Shown piece by piece: positions 20,818-29,063 of a stretch of DNA of 55,795 bases. A program made the position numbers and the translations under genes. Numbering within the stretch: position 1 is the stretch's first letter; each line of letters opens with the position of its first letter. Location of the stretch: the NCBI GenBank assembly GCA_034717975.1, contig JAYEMF010000149.1, positions 7,533 through 63,327 of the forward strand, read 5' to 3'. Source of the DNA: Campylobacterota bacterium. GTDB taxonomy: Bacteria > Campylobacterota > Campylobacteria > Campylobacterales > Sulfurimonadaceae. The notes under the pieces were generated by a model that worked only from the letters and a program-made list of their open reading frames with translations, searched no databases and had not been told where the DNA came from.

Positions 20818-21450
20818 TTAACCTAACTTCTCTTGAAGAAAATGGGCAGCTTCAAATGCTGTCTGCCCGACAAAATCAACATTTAGCTCCTCTTTGCTTG
20901 CTTGTTTCAAAGCGGCACCTCCCGCCAAAACAAGAACATCTGAAAAACCTTTTTCGATCAATCCGGTTTTTACATCTTTTACCTGCGGGATAATACTGGT
21001 AATAAGACCGCTGATACATACAGCTTTGGCAGTCTCTTTCTCAATTGTCTCAATAATTTTCTCCACAGGTACATCTTTACCACAGTCTATAACCTGGTAA
21101 CCTTTGCCTATAAGAACTATTTTCACAATACTTTTACCAAGGTCGTGGATATCACCCTCAAGGGCTGCCACTACAACTTTCTGTTTTGTTGAGAGTGAAG
21201 ATTCCAAGTCGGTAAACAGAAGTTTTATCACCGAAGATACAGCACGGCCTGCCAGCATAAGCTCTAAAAGGTTAAACTGCTCAGATGTACATTTGCTGTC
21301 AAGCAGCTCCATTGCAGGGTGTATACCGTTAACAATAATCTCTTCGCTGCGGTAGCCTCTGTCTTGAAGCTTTTTGGTCTCCTCCACCGAGTTTATGTGG
21401 TCACCGTCTTTTAAAAAAGATATTAGTTGTTGGAAGTCGTGAGTATTCAT
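20818..21450 (-). CDS. Corrinoid (B12)-binding protein, MtaC/MtbC-like
   Basis: Helical cap domain, then GDIHDLGK (DxHxxG), SGL (SxL), LAGGAA (GG). Confidence 0.92.
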   Translation of the reverse strand: MNTHDFQQLISFLKDGDHINSVEETKKLQDRGYRSEEIIVNGIHPAMELLDSKCTSEQFNLLELMLAGRAVSSVIKLLFTDLESSLSTKQKVVVAALEGDIHDLGKSIVKIVLIGKGYQVIDCGKDVPVEKIIETIEKETAKAVCISGLITSIIPQVKDVKTGLIEKGFSDVLVLAGGAALKQASKEELNVDFVGQTAFEAAHFLQEKLG

Positions 21451-21515
21451 AAGACAACCTTCTCTGTAATAGATAAAACTATCATATCATAAAGATGAAA
21501 AAAGTTGATTTTAGA

Positions 21516-21657
21516 CACGGTAATTAAGTTTAAGTTATATTTCATTTTCGTCATTCCTGTGAAGGCAGGAATCTTAACCATAACAATTGTAGATTCCTGC
21601 CTTCGCAGGAATGACGGGGTTAAAAATTAAACTGAATATTAAACTTGAACTACCGTG
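21516..21657. mobile_element. 142-bp MITE-like element with 9-bp target-site duplication and internal REP-like palindrome
   Basis: Ends cacggtaattaagtttaa / ttaaacttgaactaccgtg form an imperfect inverted repeat. Flanked by the direct repeat gattttaga at 21507-21515 and 21658-21666. Confidence 0.75.
21549..21616. repeat. REP/dRS3-like inverted doublet
   Basis: cgtcattcctgtgaaggcaggaatct - 16 nt - agattcctgccttcgcaggaatgacg (25/26 complementary); each arm is itself a hairpin. Confidence 0.85.
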
Positions 21658-21763
21658 GATTTTAGAGTGTACCCCAAATTCAGATATAGAAAAAAGCCAA
21701 GAGAAGATAGCGGTGCTGCATCCTATGGCATCTATGAGAGCCACCGTTGGCCATCTGATTTCC

Positions 21764-22162
21764 TTATTTGTGGTTAATGCTGTACTTGCCCGGGCCAAAA
21801 AGAAAGATGGCAATGCTTAACACCATGTAGAGTAGGGGAAGTTCGATGAGTGGAGCGCCGAACTTGTTCAGTGAGAAGATGGATGATGCATGGGCAAGAT
21901 AGATGGCTGTGAACATGTTAAAGGCCAAAATGGCTGCGGCGATCCTGCTGTAGTAGCCCATGACCAGCATCAATGGGGCGATTATCTCACCGATAAAGAC
22001 ACCATAGGCAAAGAACTCGGGCATTCCGGCACTGCTTAGCATAGACTTGATGCCACTGACACCGTGGATTATTTTGCCAACACCGTGAAAGAGTACCAGC
22101 AGACCAACACTGACCCGTAAAAGCAGTTTGCCTATATCGTCGTCGCGTAGTAGTGCCATCAT
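21764..22162 (-). CDS. DoxX family membrane protein
   Basis: LLLRV...HG..K, E...G...R..A, GPGKYS. Confidence 0.85.
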   Translation of the reverse strand: MMALLRDDDIGKLLLRVSVGLLVLFHGVGKIIHGVSGIKSMLSSAGMPEFFAYGVFIGEIIAPLMLVMGYYSRIAAAILAFNMFTAIYLAHASSIFSLNKFGAPLIELPLLYMVLSIAIFLFGPGKYSINHK

Positions 22163-22284
22163 TTACCTCGATAGTTAATTGTTGCGATTATATCGGACTG
22201 CTCTATGGCTTGGCTTAACTTTCGAGTGCTACAATTTGGCAAAAGATTAAGGGCACTTCCAAAAGCCCTGTTATAAGGTTTAGA

Positions 22285-23535
22285 TTGCAGCAAAAGAGTG
22301 AAAAGCAGAGCCATTTAGATAAATTTTCCAATCATGTTAAAAACATACTGCACGGATTTTTTCTGGCGATCGGTACGACGATTGCTGAGCCGTCGACGAT
22401 CCTTCCGCTGATGGTCAACTACTTTGGCGGCAGTCCGGTTCTGGTCGGATTTTTTGCCGCGCTGCTTCGGGGCGGGGCGATCGTCGTTCAGCTTTTTGCC
22501 GCGTTTAAAGCACAGAGCTATCCCTATATGCTCACCTATCTCCGCCGTGTGTTTCTTATGCGGTTTATTGCATGGTTCTTTATTGGAGTGGCTATTGTCC
22601 TGTTTGGAGAGACACAGCCCACATTAACACTCTTTTGTATCGGTTTGGGACTCTTTCTCTTCTCTTTTAGTGCCGGGTTTGGCGCCATCTATTTTAAAGA
22701 GATCGTCGCCAAGATATTCAGCCATAAGTTTCGCGGCAAAACGATGGCATACAGACAGTTTTTTACCGCTTTTGGCGCACTGATAAGCGGGACACTGGCG
22801 GGATTGGTCCTTGAGGGTTTTGAAGCGCCTTACAGCTTTGGTTACCTGTTTATTATAAGCTCATTTCTGATGGGCTTTGGTTATCTCGCTTTTGGAAGTA
22901 TAGAGGAGCCTATCAAAGAGAAAACAGCTAAGAAAATCACCTCATTCAAACAGTTTCTGCACAACTCCTTCTTAACCCTGAAAGAGGACCGTCAACTACA
23001 GGTACAGGTGAGTACTTTTCTGTTTGCCTACGGTTATCTGATCGCTCTGCCGTTTATTATTCTTGATGCCCAGGAGAAGATTGACCTGACCGGTACGGCA
23101 GTCGGTCTGCTGATCACGACGCAGATGGTCGGTGCGATGCTGAGTAATTTTTTATGGGGAAAACTGAGCGGAAACGGTCTCAATAAACGGACTGCCAATA
23201 TCGCCCTCTTTTTGCATATTCTGGCCGTTGTACTGGCATTTGACGCTTCGACACTGACAGCGTATATGCTGATCTTTTTTCTGGTGGGTGCGGCAACTGA
23301 CGGCAACCGTATCGCATCGGGCAATCTGATCCTTGCCCTGGCACCAGAAGAGAAGCGCCCGGTCTATGTGGCACTGCAGATCAACATTGTTTCGTTTGGG
23401 ATGTTCTTTTCGATTCTGGGCGGGATTATTTTGCAGTTCAGCAGCTATACGTTTTTATATGCTTTGACATTGGTTTGTCTGTTAATAGCGTTTATGCTCT
23501 CGTTTAAGTTGAAAGATAATGATACCTCCCGTTAA
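22285..23535 (+). CDS. MFS transporter
   Basis: About 12 hydrophobic segments, WGKLS, APEEKRPVY. Confidence 0.8.
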   Translation: MQQKSEKQSHLDKFSNHVKNILHGFFLAIGTTIAEPSTILPLMVNYFGGSPVLVGFFAALLRGGAIVVQLFAAFKAQSYPYMLTYLRRVFLMRFIAWFFIGVAIVLFGETQPTLTLFCIGLGLFLFSFSAGFGAIYFKEIVAKIFSHKFRGKTMAYRQFFTAFGALISGTLAGLVLEGFEAPYSFGYLFIISSFLMGFGYLAFGSIEEPIKEKTAKKITSFKQFLHNSFLTLKEDRQLQVQVSTFLFAYGYLIALPFIILDAQEKIDLTGTAVGLLITTQMVGAMLSNFLWGKLSGNGLNKRTANIALFLHILAVVLAFDASTLTAYMLIFFLVGAATDGNRIASGNLILALAPEEKRPVYVALQINIVSFGMFFSILGGIILQFSSYTFLYALTLVCLLIAFMLSFKLKDNDTSR

Positions 23536-23560
23536 AAAGAGATGTTGGGAACATCTCTTT
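23536..23560. terminator. Probable bidirectional terminator hairpin
   Basis: aaagagatgtt-ggg-aacatctcttt, perfect 11-bp stem between convergent genes. Confidence 0.6.
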
Positions 23561-23587
23561 AGGGAGTAAAGTAAGATTAATGGATTT

Positions 23588-23632
23588 AGATTCACCCTCA
23601 GGGCACTCTGCCTGCTTTCGCAGGAATGACGG
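23588..23632. repeat. Single REP-like arm, interrupted
   Basis: agattc[accctcagggcactctg]cctgctttcgcaggaatgacgg, related to 21591-21617. Confidence 0.6.
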
Positions 23633-23643
23633 TTTTTGAGGTT

Positions 23644-24021
23644 TTAGATACCAAAAAAGCTTTTGAGGAAATCACGCTCTTTTTGTGTTTCGATAAAGAT
23701 CTTGACGATGGTCTGGTTGTTTTCACCGATGACATGCACATCGTTGTCAATAACTTTTAGATGCTTTTTTCCCCAGGTGGCCTGCAGCTCATCAAATCGA
23801 AGCATTGTTTCCGCAGCACTTGGCTTCTCTTTGTCGCCGGTACGGGTGTCGATGATGGCAAGGCCACCGACCTTCTTTTCGAGTTTATAAGGTATGTAAA
23901 CTTTGATCGCATCGTAGATCCGTTTCTCTTTTGTTGCAGGCATACTCCGCTGCATCGTTGAGATCCCTACGACAAGAAAGGCAAATAAAAATCCAAATAT
24001 CAGACCACGTTTTACATTCAT
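23644..24021 (-). CDS. Hypothetical protein with N-terminal membrane anchor
   Basis: One hydrophobic helix; start overlaps the stop of the precorrin-2 dehydrogenase gene (ATGA). Confidence 0.7.
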   Translation of the reverse strand: MNVKRGLIFGFLFAFLVVGISTMQRSMPATKEKRIYDAIKVYIPYKLEKKVGGLAIIDTRTGDKEKPSAAETMLRFDELQATWGKKHLKVIDNDVHVIGENNQTIVKIFIETQKERDFLKSFFGI

Positions 24022-24587
24022 TTATTACTCCATGTTTTTATATAGTTTTCCGCTTTTTTATCCAGCATCTGCATCCGCTCTTTTCCCTTTGGAAGTGTTT
24101 TACGCAGAGATTTCATCTCTTTCAAAAAATCCGAGATACTCTCCGGAATGAGTTTTTCAAGATAGCGTCTAAGATGTTTTGCCATAGCCGGTGAAGCACC
24201 CGAGGTGGAGATGGCAATGGTGAGATCATCTTTTTTCATATAAGAAGGAAAGATAAAATCACAGTAGTCGACGGAGTCAACAGAATTACAGAGGCAGTTG
24301 TACAGTTTGGATTCTTTAAAGATCGCTGCTTGCAGCGGAATGTCGTCTACGGCAACGATAACGACTCCAAACGCTTTGATATCACCCTCATTGTAGGTAC
24401 GCTTCTCATAAGGCAGAGCATGTTTGATGATCAATGCTTCCATATCGGCAGAGAGCTCCGGAGCGATGACGGAGATGTCGGTCGTGAAATCAAGCAGGTG
24501 ATCGAGCTTTTCATGGGCGATATAGCCGCCGCCGACAATCAGAATACGCATGTTGTCAAGCTTGATGAACGCCGGAAAATAACTCAT
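24018..24587 (-). CDS. Precorrin-2 dehydrogenase / sirohydrochlorin ferrochelatase (SirC/Met8/CysG N-terminal type)
   Basis: MSYFPAFIKL, LIVGGG.IA..K, CNSVD, DFIFP, AISTSGASP. Start at ATG 24587. Confidence 0.88.
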   Translation of the reverse strand: MSYFPAFIKLDNMRILIVGGGYIAHEKLDHLLDFTTDISVIAPELSADMEALIIKHALPYEKRTYNEGDIKAFGVVIVAVDDIPLQAAIFKESKLYNCLCNSVDSVDYCDFIFPSYMKKDDLTIAISTSGASPAMAKHLRRYLEKLIPESISDFLKEMKSLRKTLPKGKERMQMLDKKAENYIKTWSNK

Positions 24588-24657
24588 AATCAACCCTCTG
24601 GTTTTAAAAGTCAGAAATTCTATCACAATTTCTTTAAGGACATCCTCAAGATGCATC

Positions 24658-24699
24658 TTGATACATATCAAACCAAAATCGTCAGAAAGTGATTAAAAT
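24658..24699 (+). promoter_or_regulatory. Crp/Fnr-family (DNR/NssR-type) box plus -10 element
   Basis: TTGATacatATCAA at 24658-24671; TAAAAT at 24694-24699. Confidence 0.75.
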
Positions 24700-24763
24700 T
24701 CTTTTTTCTTTAAGAAAATATCAATACAATCCATTTGAGAAATTAATAGAAAGTTATATATTT

Positions 24764-25768
24764 ATGACACAAGAGATACTATCGAGAATTCAAAAGAAGT
24801 TTCCATTGGTAGCCAAACCGTTTAAGGCAATCGCCGATGAGTTGGGGATGGATGAAGATGAAGTTCTTGCTATCTTGCAAGCGGAGAAAGCCAATAAGAT
24901 CATTCGCCAGACGTCGGCGATCTTCGATACAAAACGTCTCGGATACAAATCTTCCCTGGTCGCGTTCAATATAGATGAAGAGAAGATCGACAAGGCTGTC
25001 AAGATTATCAATTCACATCCGGGCATCTCTCACAACTATGAGCGCAATCATGATTTTAACATCTGGTTTACCCTGGCTGTACAACCTGGTACTATATTGG
25101 GACTGGAAAAGACAGTAGACCTTCTGGCTAAACTGACAGAAGCCAACGATGCGATCATGCTCCCAACCCTCAAGCTCTTTAAGATCTCGGTCAAACTGGA
25201 CACAACCGGTAAAGATGCGAAAAAAGAGAAAGTCAAAAAGCAGGCTCATAAAGAGATCGAGATGAGTGACCTTCATTATGAAGTGGTCAAGCATGCACAA
25301 AAAGATATCGAGATCGTCAGTGAACCGTTTAAAGCGATGATCGAAGAGATCGGCATCGATTATGATCGTTTCTTCGAGATTATGCAAGAGCTGCAGGATG
25401 CAGGTGTCATGCGACGATATGCTTCGATTTTGAATCACCGCAAAGCCGGTTTTAGTGCTAATGCCATGGTCGTCTGGGATATTGATCCGGACAAAGGAGC
25501 AGAGATTGGTGAAAAAACGGCCGCATTCAGTGCTGTCAGCCACTGTTACCTCCGACCAAAATATGAGAACTGGCCCTATAACCTCTTCTCTATGGTGCAT
25601 GGTAAAACAACGGAAGATACCGAAGCAGTGATCAACTCAATCGCCAATGATATTGAGTACAAGTCCTATATGCCGCTCTACTCTTCACGTGAATTTAAAA
25701 AAGTACGGATCACTTACTTCTCCCCGAAATTTGAAGCGTGGGAAGCAAAGTACAAAGATCAAGCTTGA
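24764..25768 (+). CDS. Siroheme decarboxylase, fused AhbA/AhbB (NirDL/NirGH-type Lrp/AsnC fold)
   Basis: Two repeats: FPL..KPF..IA, SHNYER...NIWFT, SHCYLR....WPYNLFSMVHG. Start at ATG 24764. Confidence 0.85.
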   Translation: MTQEILSRIQKKFPLVAKPFKAIADELGMDEDEVLAILQAEKANKIIRQTSAIFDTKRLGYKSSLVAFNIDEEKIDKAVKIINSHPGISHNYERNHDFNIWFTLAVQPGTILGLEKTVDLLAKLTEANDAIMLPTLKLFKISVKLDTTGKDAKKEKVKKQAHKEIEMSDLHYEVVKHAQKDIEIVSEPFKAMIEEIGIDYDRFFEIMQELQDAGVMRRYASILNHRKAGFSANAMVVWDIDPDKGAEIGEKTAAFSAVSHCYLRPKYENWPYNLFSMVHGKTTEDTEAVINSIANDIEYKSYMPLYSSREFKKVRITYFSPKFEAWEAKYKDQA

Positions 25769-25788
25769 CAATTACTCAAAGGAATTAA

Positions 25789-26175
25789 ATGCCACTTTTT
25801 TTAGAACTGGAAATCGTTTATATCGTTATCGGGATCTTTATCCTGATTGTTACCGCCATCGCTACTACCTACCCTGACAATATTCCAAAAGGTGCCTTCA
25901 AAAAAGGGATGATCGGTGTCGGCTCACTGCTTACCATTATGATCCTGGCGCATTACTACATCACGACGGAAAGAATGGAGGGCGTTAAAAAGCTTTTTAA
26001 TGAGGGCGAAACGATCATCTGTGAAAACAAGATGCAGCGTACCATCTCCCGTTCAGTCCTGATCTCCAAGAAACTTGAATGGCGTTTGGAAGGGGACCTG
26101 CTCAAGTCCGACAACCATGTCCGCGATTTCCATACCGCCCGCTGCATTGAGTTTGACGGGATTGTGCCTGAGTAG
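25789..26175 (+). CDS. Hypothetical membrane protein
   Basis: Two TM helices, C-terminal domain with two Cys; RBS aagga. Confidence 0.7.
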   Translation: MPLFLELEIVYIVIGIFILIVTAIATTYPDNIPKGAFKKGMIGVGSLLTIMILAHYYITTERMEGVKKLFNEGETIICENKMQRTISRSVLISKKLEWRLEGDLLKSDNHVRDFHTARCIEFDGIVPE

Positions 26176-26272
26176 GGATTGGTCCCGCTCACCACGTCCG
26201 TCACTCCTGCACTTTATAAGACGTGACACTTATAAGTCTGTCATAGAATTAAATTCATTAATTCTTATCCCA

Positions 26273-26314
26273 TTGATACATATCAAGTGAATTTCCTCTC
26301 ATTTAGATTACTAT
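26273..26314 (+). promoter_or_regulatory. Crp/Fnr-family box plus -10 element
   Basis: TTGATacatATCAA at 26273-26286; TACTAT at 26309-26314. Confidence 0.75.
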
Positions 26315-26343
26315 TCGGCCAATTTTAATAATTTGGAGTCAAG

Positions 26344-27513
26344 ATGAGAAGCCTGATACTGTTTTTTACGCTAGGTGTGCTGGCCCTGAATGCCTCGGGG
26401 AGTTTTGAGCAAAGCAGAGTGTGCCAAAAGTGCCACCCGGTTATTTTTGATGAGTTTTATACCTCTTCACACCGAAATGCTTCTATCTATAACGATCCTA
26501 TTCATAAAGCGGTATGGGACAAACATCCGCTAAAAGCCAAAGAGAAGTACAGCTGTGCCGAATGTCATACGCCTTCAGATCTAGAATTGCTTAAAAAGCT
26601 TGAAGCCGGCGAAAGTGCGCTTCCCGAGGAGAACAGGGCGCAGACAGAGGAGGGCATCTCCTGCGTAAGCTGTCACACCATTGAGCGTATCGAAGAGCAT
26701 GCCAAGGCAAACAAGAATATTATGAGTACAAAAGAGAAGGTGCTTTTTTCGGCTCGAGAGGGAAAAGAGAGTGAAAAGGATGTCGCTTTTAACATCACGA
26801 GCAGCTGGTTTGGGATGGTGACAGAGAAGAGCGGTTCGCCGTACCATAAAATCGATTTCAGCAACAATGATTATTATGATGGAAAGATGTGTATGGGATG
26901 TCACTCTCATAAACAGAACGCGCATGGCTTTGAAGTATGCCGAACTGATGTTAAAGCCGAGGCAGTAGATGAACAAACCTGTATTGGCTGCCATATGCCG
27001 ATGATAAAAGGCTCGATGAATACGGTGAATGAGACACCGACCCACCGTTATCATGGCTTTCCGGGGGCCCATGACAAGCCTAAAATGCTCTCCAAATATG
27101 TAAAACTTGATCTGAAACGCACCGATGCCGGATTTGTTGTTTCTGTAAAAAATGAGGCGAATCATCCGCTTTTTTTACATCCGCTGCGCCTTTCCCAGCT
27201 GAAGGTGTCGATTAAAAGAGAGGGTAAGAGTATTGACCTTGAAGCGGTCTCCTTTGCGCGTGTGATCGGGAAGGATGGCAAACCGGCTATGCCGTGGATA
27301 GCCGACAGTGTCGTAAAAGATACACAGATCCAAGCCGGAGAGAACCGTGAAGTCTCTTTTACCTATGCACTGAAAAAGGGAGATACTGTTGAAGCCAGAA
27401 TGGGTTTTTACAGGGTCAATCCGAAAGCTGCAGAAAAGCTGCAGTTGAGGAAGAATAAAGCCTTATCATCCTTCACGCTGCTTAAAAAAGAGCTGTTTCA
27501 AATAGAACAGTAA
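26344..27513 (+). CDS. Periplasmic pentaheme cytochrome c
   Basis: Signal peptide; CQKCH, CAECH, CVSCH, CMGCH, CIGCH. Confidence 0.88.
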   Translation: MRSLILFFTLGVLALNASGSFEQSRVCQKCHPVIFDEFYTSSHRNASIYNDPIHKAVWDKHPLKAKEKYSCAECHTPSDLELLKKLEAGESALPEENRAQTEEGISCVSCHTIERIEEHAKANKNIMSTKEKVLFSAREGKESEKDVAFNITSSWFGMVTEKSGSPYHKIDFSNNDYYDGKMCMGCHSHKQNAHGFEVCRTDVKAEAVDEQTCIGCHMPMIKGSMNTVNETPTHRYHGFPGAHDKPKMLSKYVKLDLKRTDAGFVVSVKNEANHPLFLHPLRLSQLKVSIKREGKSIDLEAVSFARVIGKDGKPAMPWIADSVVKDTQIQAGENREVSFTYALKKGDTVEARMGFYRVNPKAAEKLQLRKNKALSSFTLLKKELFQIEQ

Positions 27514-27946
27514 TCATATCTCTTCCAAGAGCTTTGCTTAAGATTTCTTAAGCTTAAGCTTTGATCAATCTTTTTGATCAAAGGATTGAGTATCAATTCC
27601 CCATTAAACCTTAAAAAAAACAAATATTCTCTTTAAGACTATTTTTAACATTATTCTACATTTAACAGTGTTGGAGTCCTTTAAATAATGATTGCCAACT
27701 ATTTTTTTTATTTATATGTTAATAGAAAGTTGGAAGCTGACTGACACGACTTGATTCCAATGTACAGGGCATTTTATGGATTTTGATCCGTTTTATCGTT
27801 CAAATCTGTAACACTTTGTCAAAAATTGTCAAAATAGATATTTTTTTACAAACTTAAAAAAATCTTATGAAACTTAGAGGGAAAAACTATTTCAAAAAGT
27901 AACAAAAGAGTAAAATTATCTTAAATATAATTATTAATATGCGTTA

Positions 27947-27988
27947 TTGACATATATCAACTAGATTTAAATTTCTAACGTATAAAAT
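27947..27988 (+). promoter_or_regulatory. Crp/Fnr-family box plus -10 element of the nor-nir operon
   Basis: TTGACatatATCAA at 27947-27960; TAAAAT at 27983-27988. Confidence 0.75.
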
Positions 27989-28033
27989 AACTCTCGAATC
28001 CTAAAATACAATACGAATGTGAGGTAGAGAATT

Positions 28034-28369
28034 ATGTTGGCACCAATCACTGACCCGGTCATGTTACATGAAATTGCACTGGATGACTTCGTGCCTTTAG
28101 TTTTTACCTCCATGGCGGTAATGATTTTTGGAGCGGTCTACGCAATCGTTTTCACCTTTGTCAAATTGGGTGCACTCAAAAGCTGGATGATGCCGTTTGC
28201 ATATCTGGGTTGGGGACTGACTGCTTACTGTTTATGGCTGATGGGTACTATGATGCATGTAGGAGAGTTTACGCAAAAAGCACTTATGGTGACCATGGTT
28301 GGTTACCTGTTATTGCCGCATGCTATCTACTATATGGTCGATAAAGTCCATCAGGCAAATGAACATTAA
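28034..28369 (+). CDS. Three-TM membrane protein, first gene of the nor operon
   Basis: RBS gaggt, three hydrophobic helices, directly upstream of norC. Confidence 0.75.
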   Translation: MLAPITDPVMLHEIALDDFVPLVFTSMAVMIFGAVYAIVFTFVKLGALKSWMMPFAYLGWGLTAYCLWLMGTMMHVGEFTQKALMVTMVGYLLLPHAIYYMVDKVHQANEH

Positions 28370-28409
28370 GCAGTCGGTAACGACTGCGATACATTAACGA
28401 GGAGTGAAA

Positions 28410-29063
28410 GTGGCTAAAAGATCAGTATGGAGCGATAATCGTTTCTGGCAACGTTCTGCTGCCTGGATTACGGGTTTTGCATCTATCCTTTTAATCTGGC
28501 TGACGTTTGATACGTCTGCACAGATTTCAATGGGTACCGATGCCGACCTGCAAAGCGGTGTGACTAAACGGGTTCCGGCCCCAACGGTCATTAACTACAA
28601 GATTACTTATGAAATGGACACAACACGTGGACATGAAGTACCGGTAATCGGTGAAAAAGAGACATTCTTTGGACGTGACGACTGGTCTGAAGAGGAAGCG
28701 GCAGAGTTGCTTCACCTGGGTAAACTGGGTTCACAGTCGAAAAACTGTATGAACTGTCATACGCTTCTTGGAAATGGTGCATACTATGCTCCGGACCTTA
28801 CAAAATCATGGTTAGACCCGGCATGGGGACCAGAAGGCTCTTTGCAGGCAATGACAGGAAAAAATACAAAAGAAGAAGCAATGGCAGAGTTTTTGATAAA
28901 TCCTTCACAGTACCCTACGCATGCACGTATGATGCCAAATCTTGGTATTACTGCTGAAGAGGCTAAAGGACTTGTCGCTTTCTTGAAACATATGTCATCT
29001 ATTGATACAAACGGTTTCCCAAGAAACTTCGGAAAAATAAAAGGAGCTGTCCATGGCAAGTAG
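28410..29063 (+). CDS. norC: Nitric oxide reductase cytochrome c subunit
   Basis: TM anchor, CMNCHTLLGNGAYYAPDLT, RMMP, DTNGFP. GTG 28410 follows RBS gaggag. Confidence 0.93.
   Translation: MAKRSVWSDNRFWQRSAAWITGFASILLIWLTFDTSAQISMGTDADLQSGVTKRVPAPTVINYKITYEMDTTRGHEVPVIGEKETFFGRDDWSEEEAAELLHLGKLGSQSKNCMNCHTLLGNGAYYAPDLTKSWLDPAWGPEGSLQAMTGKNTKEEAMAEFLINPSQYPTHARMMPNLGITAEEAKGLVAFLKHMSSIDTNGFPRNFGKIKGAVHGK

Noticed and set aside
16065..21450. A complete chloromethane, dichloromethane, methanol or methylamine utilisation cassette, or hgcAB mercury methylation
   Set aside because: No MT1, THF methyltransferase, response regulator or transporter; no in-frame amber codon in these ORFs; no HgcA NVWCAAGK motif.
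21549..21616. CRISPR repeat
   Set aside because: The arms are inverted rather than direct, there are only two, and there are no cas genes.
21451..21763. Cobalamin riboswitch upstream of the corrinoid operon
   Set aside because: No AGGGAA/GCCACTG/GGGAAG B12-box motifs on the minus strand. The structure is explained by the MITE/REP and a probable doxX terminator.
26344..27513. NrfA, NapC/NirT or hydroxylamine oxidoreductase assignment for the pentaheme proteins
   Set aside because: No CxxCK, no membrane anchor, and five rather than eight hemes.
27514..27946. sRNA or small ORF in the long spacer upstream of the nor operon
   Set aside because: Only short frames without RBS and AT-rich palindromes (ttgatcaa twice); nothing diagnostic.
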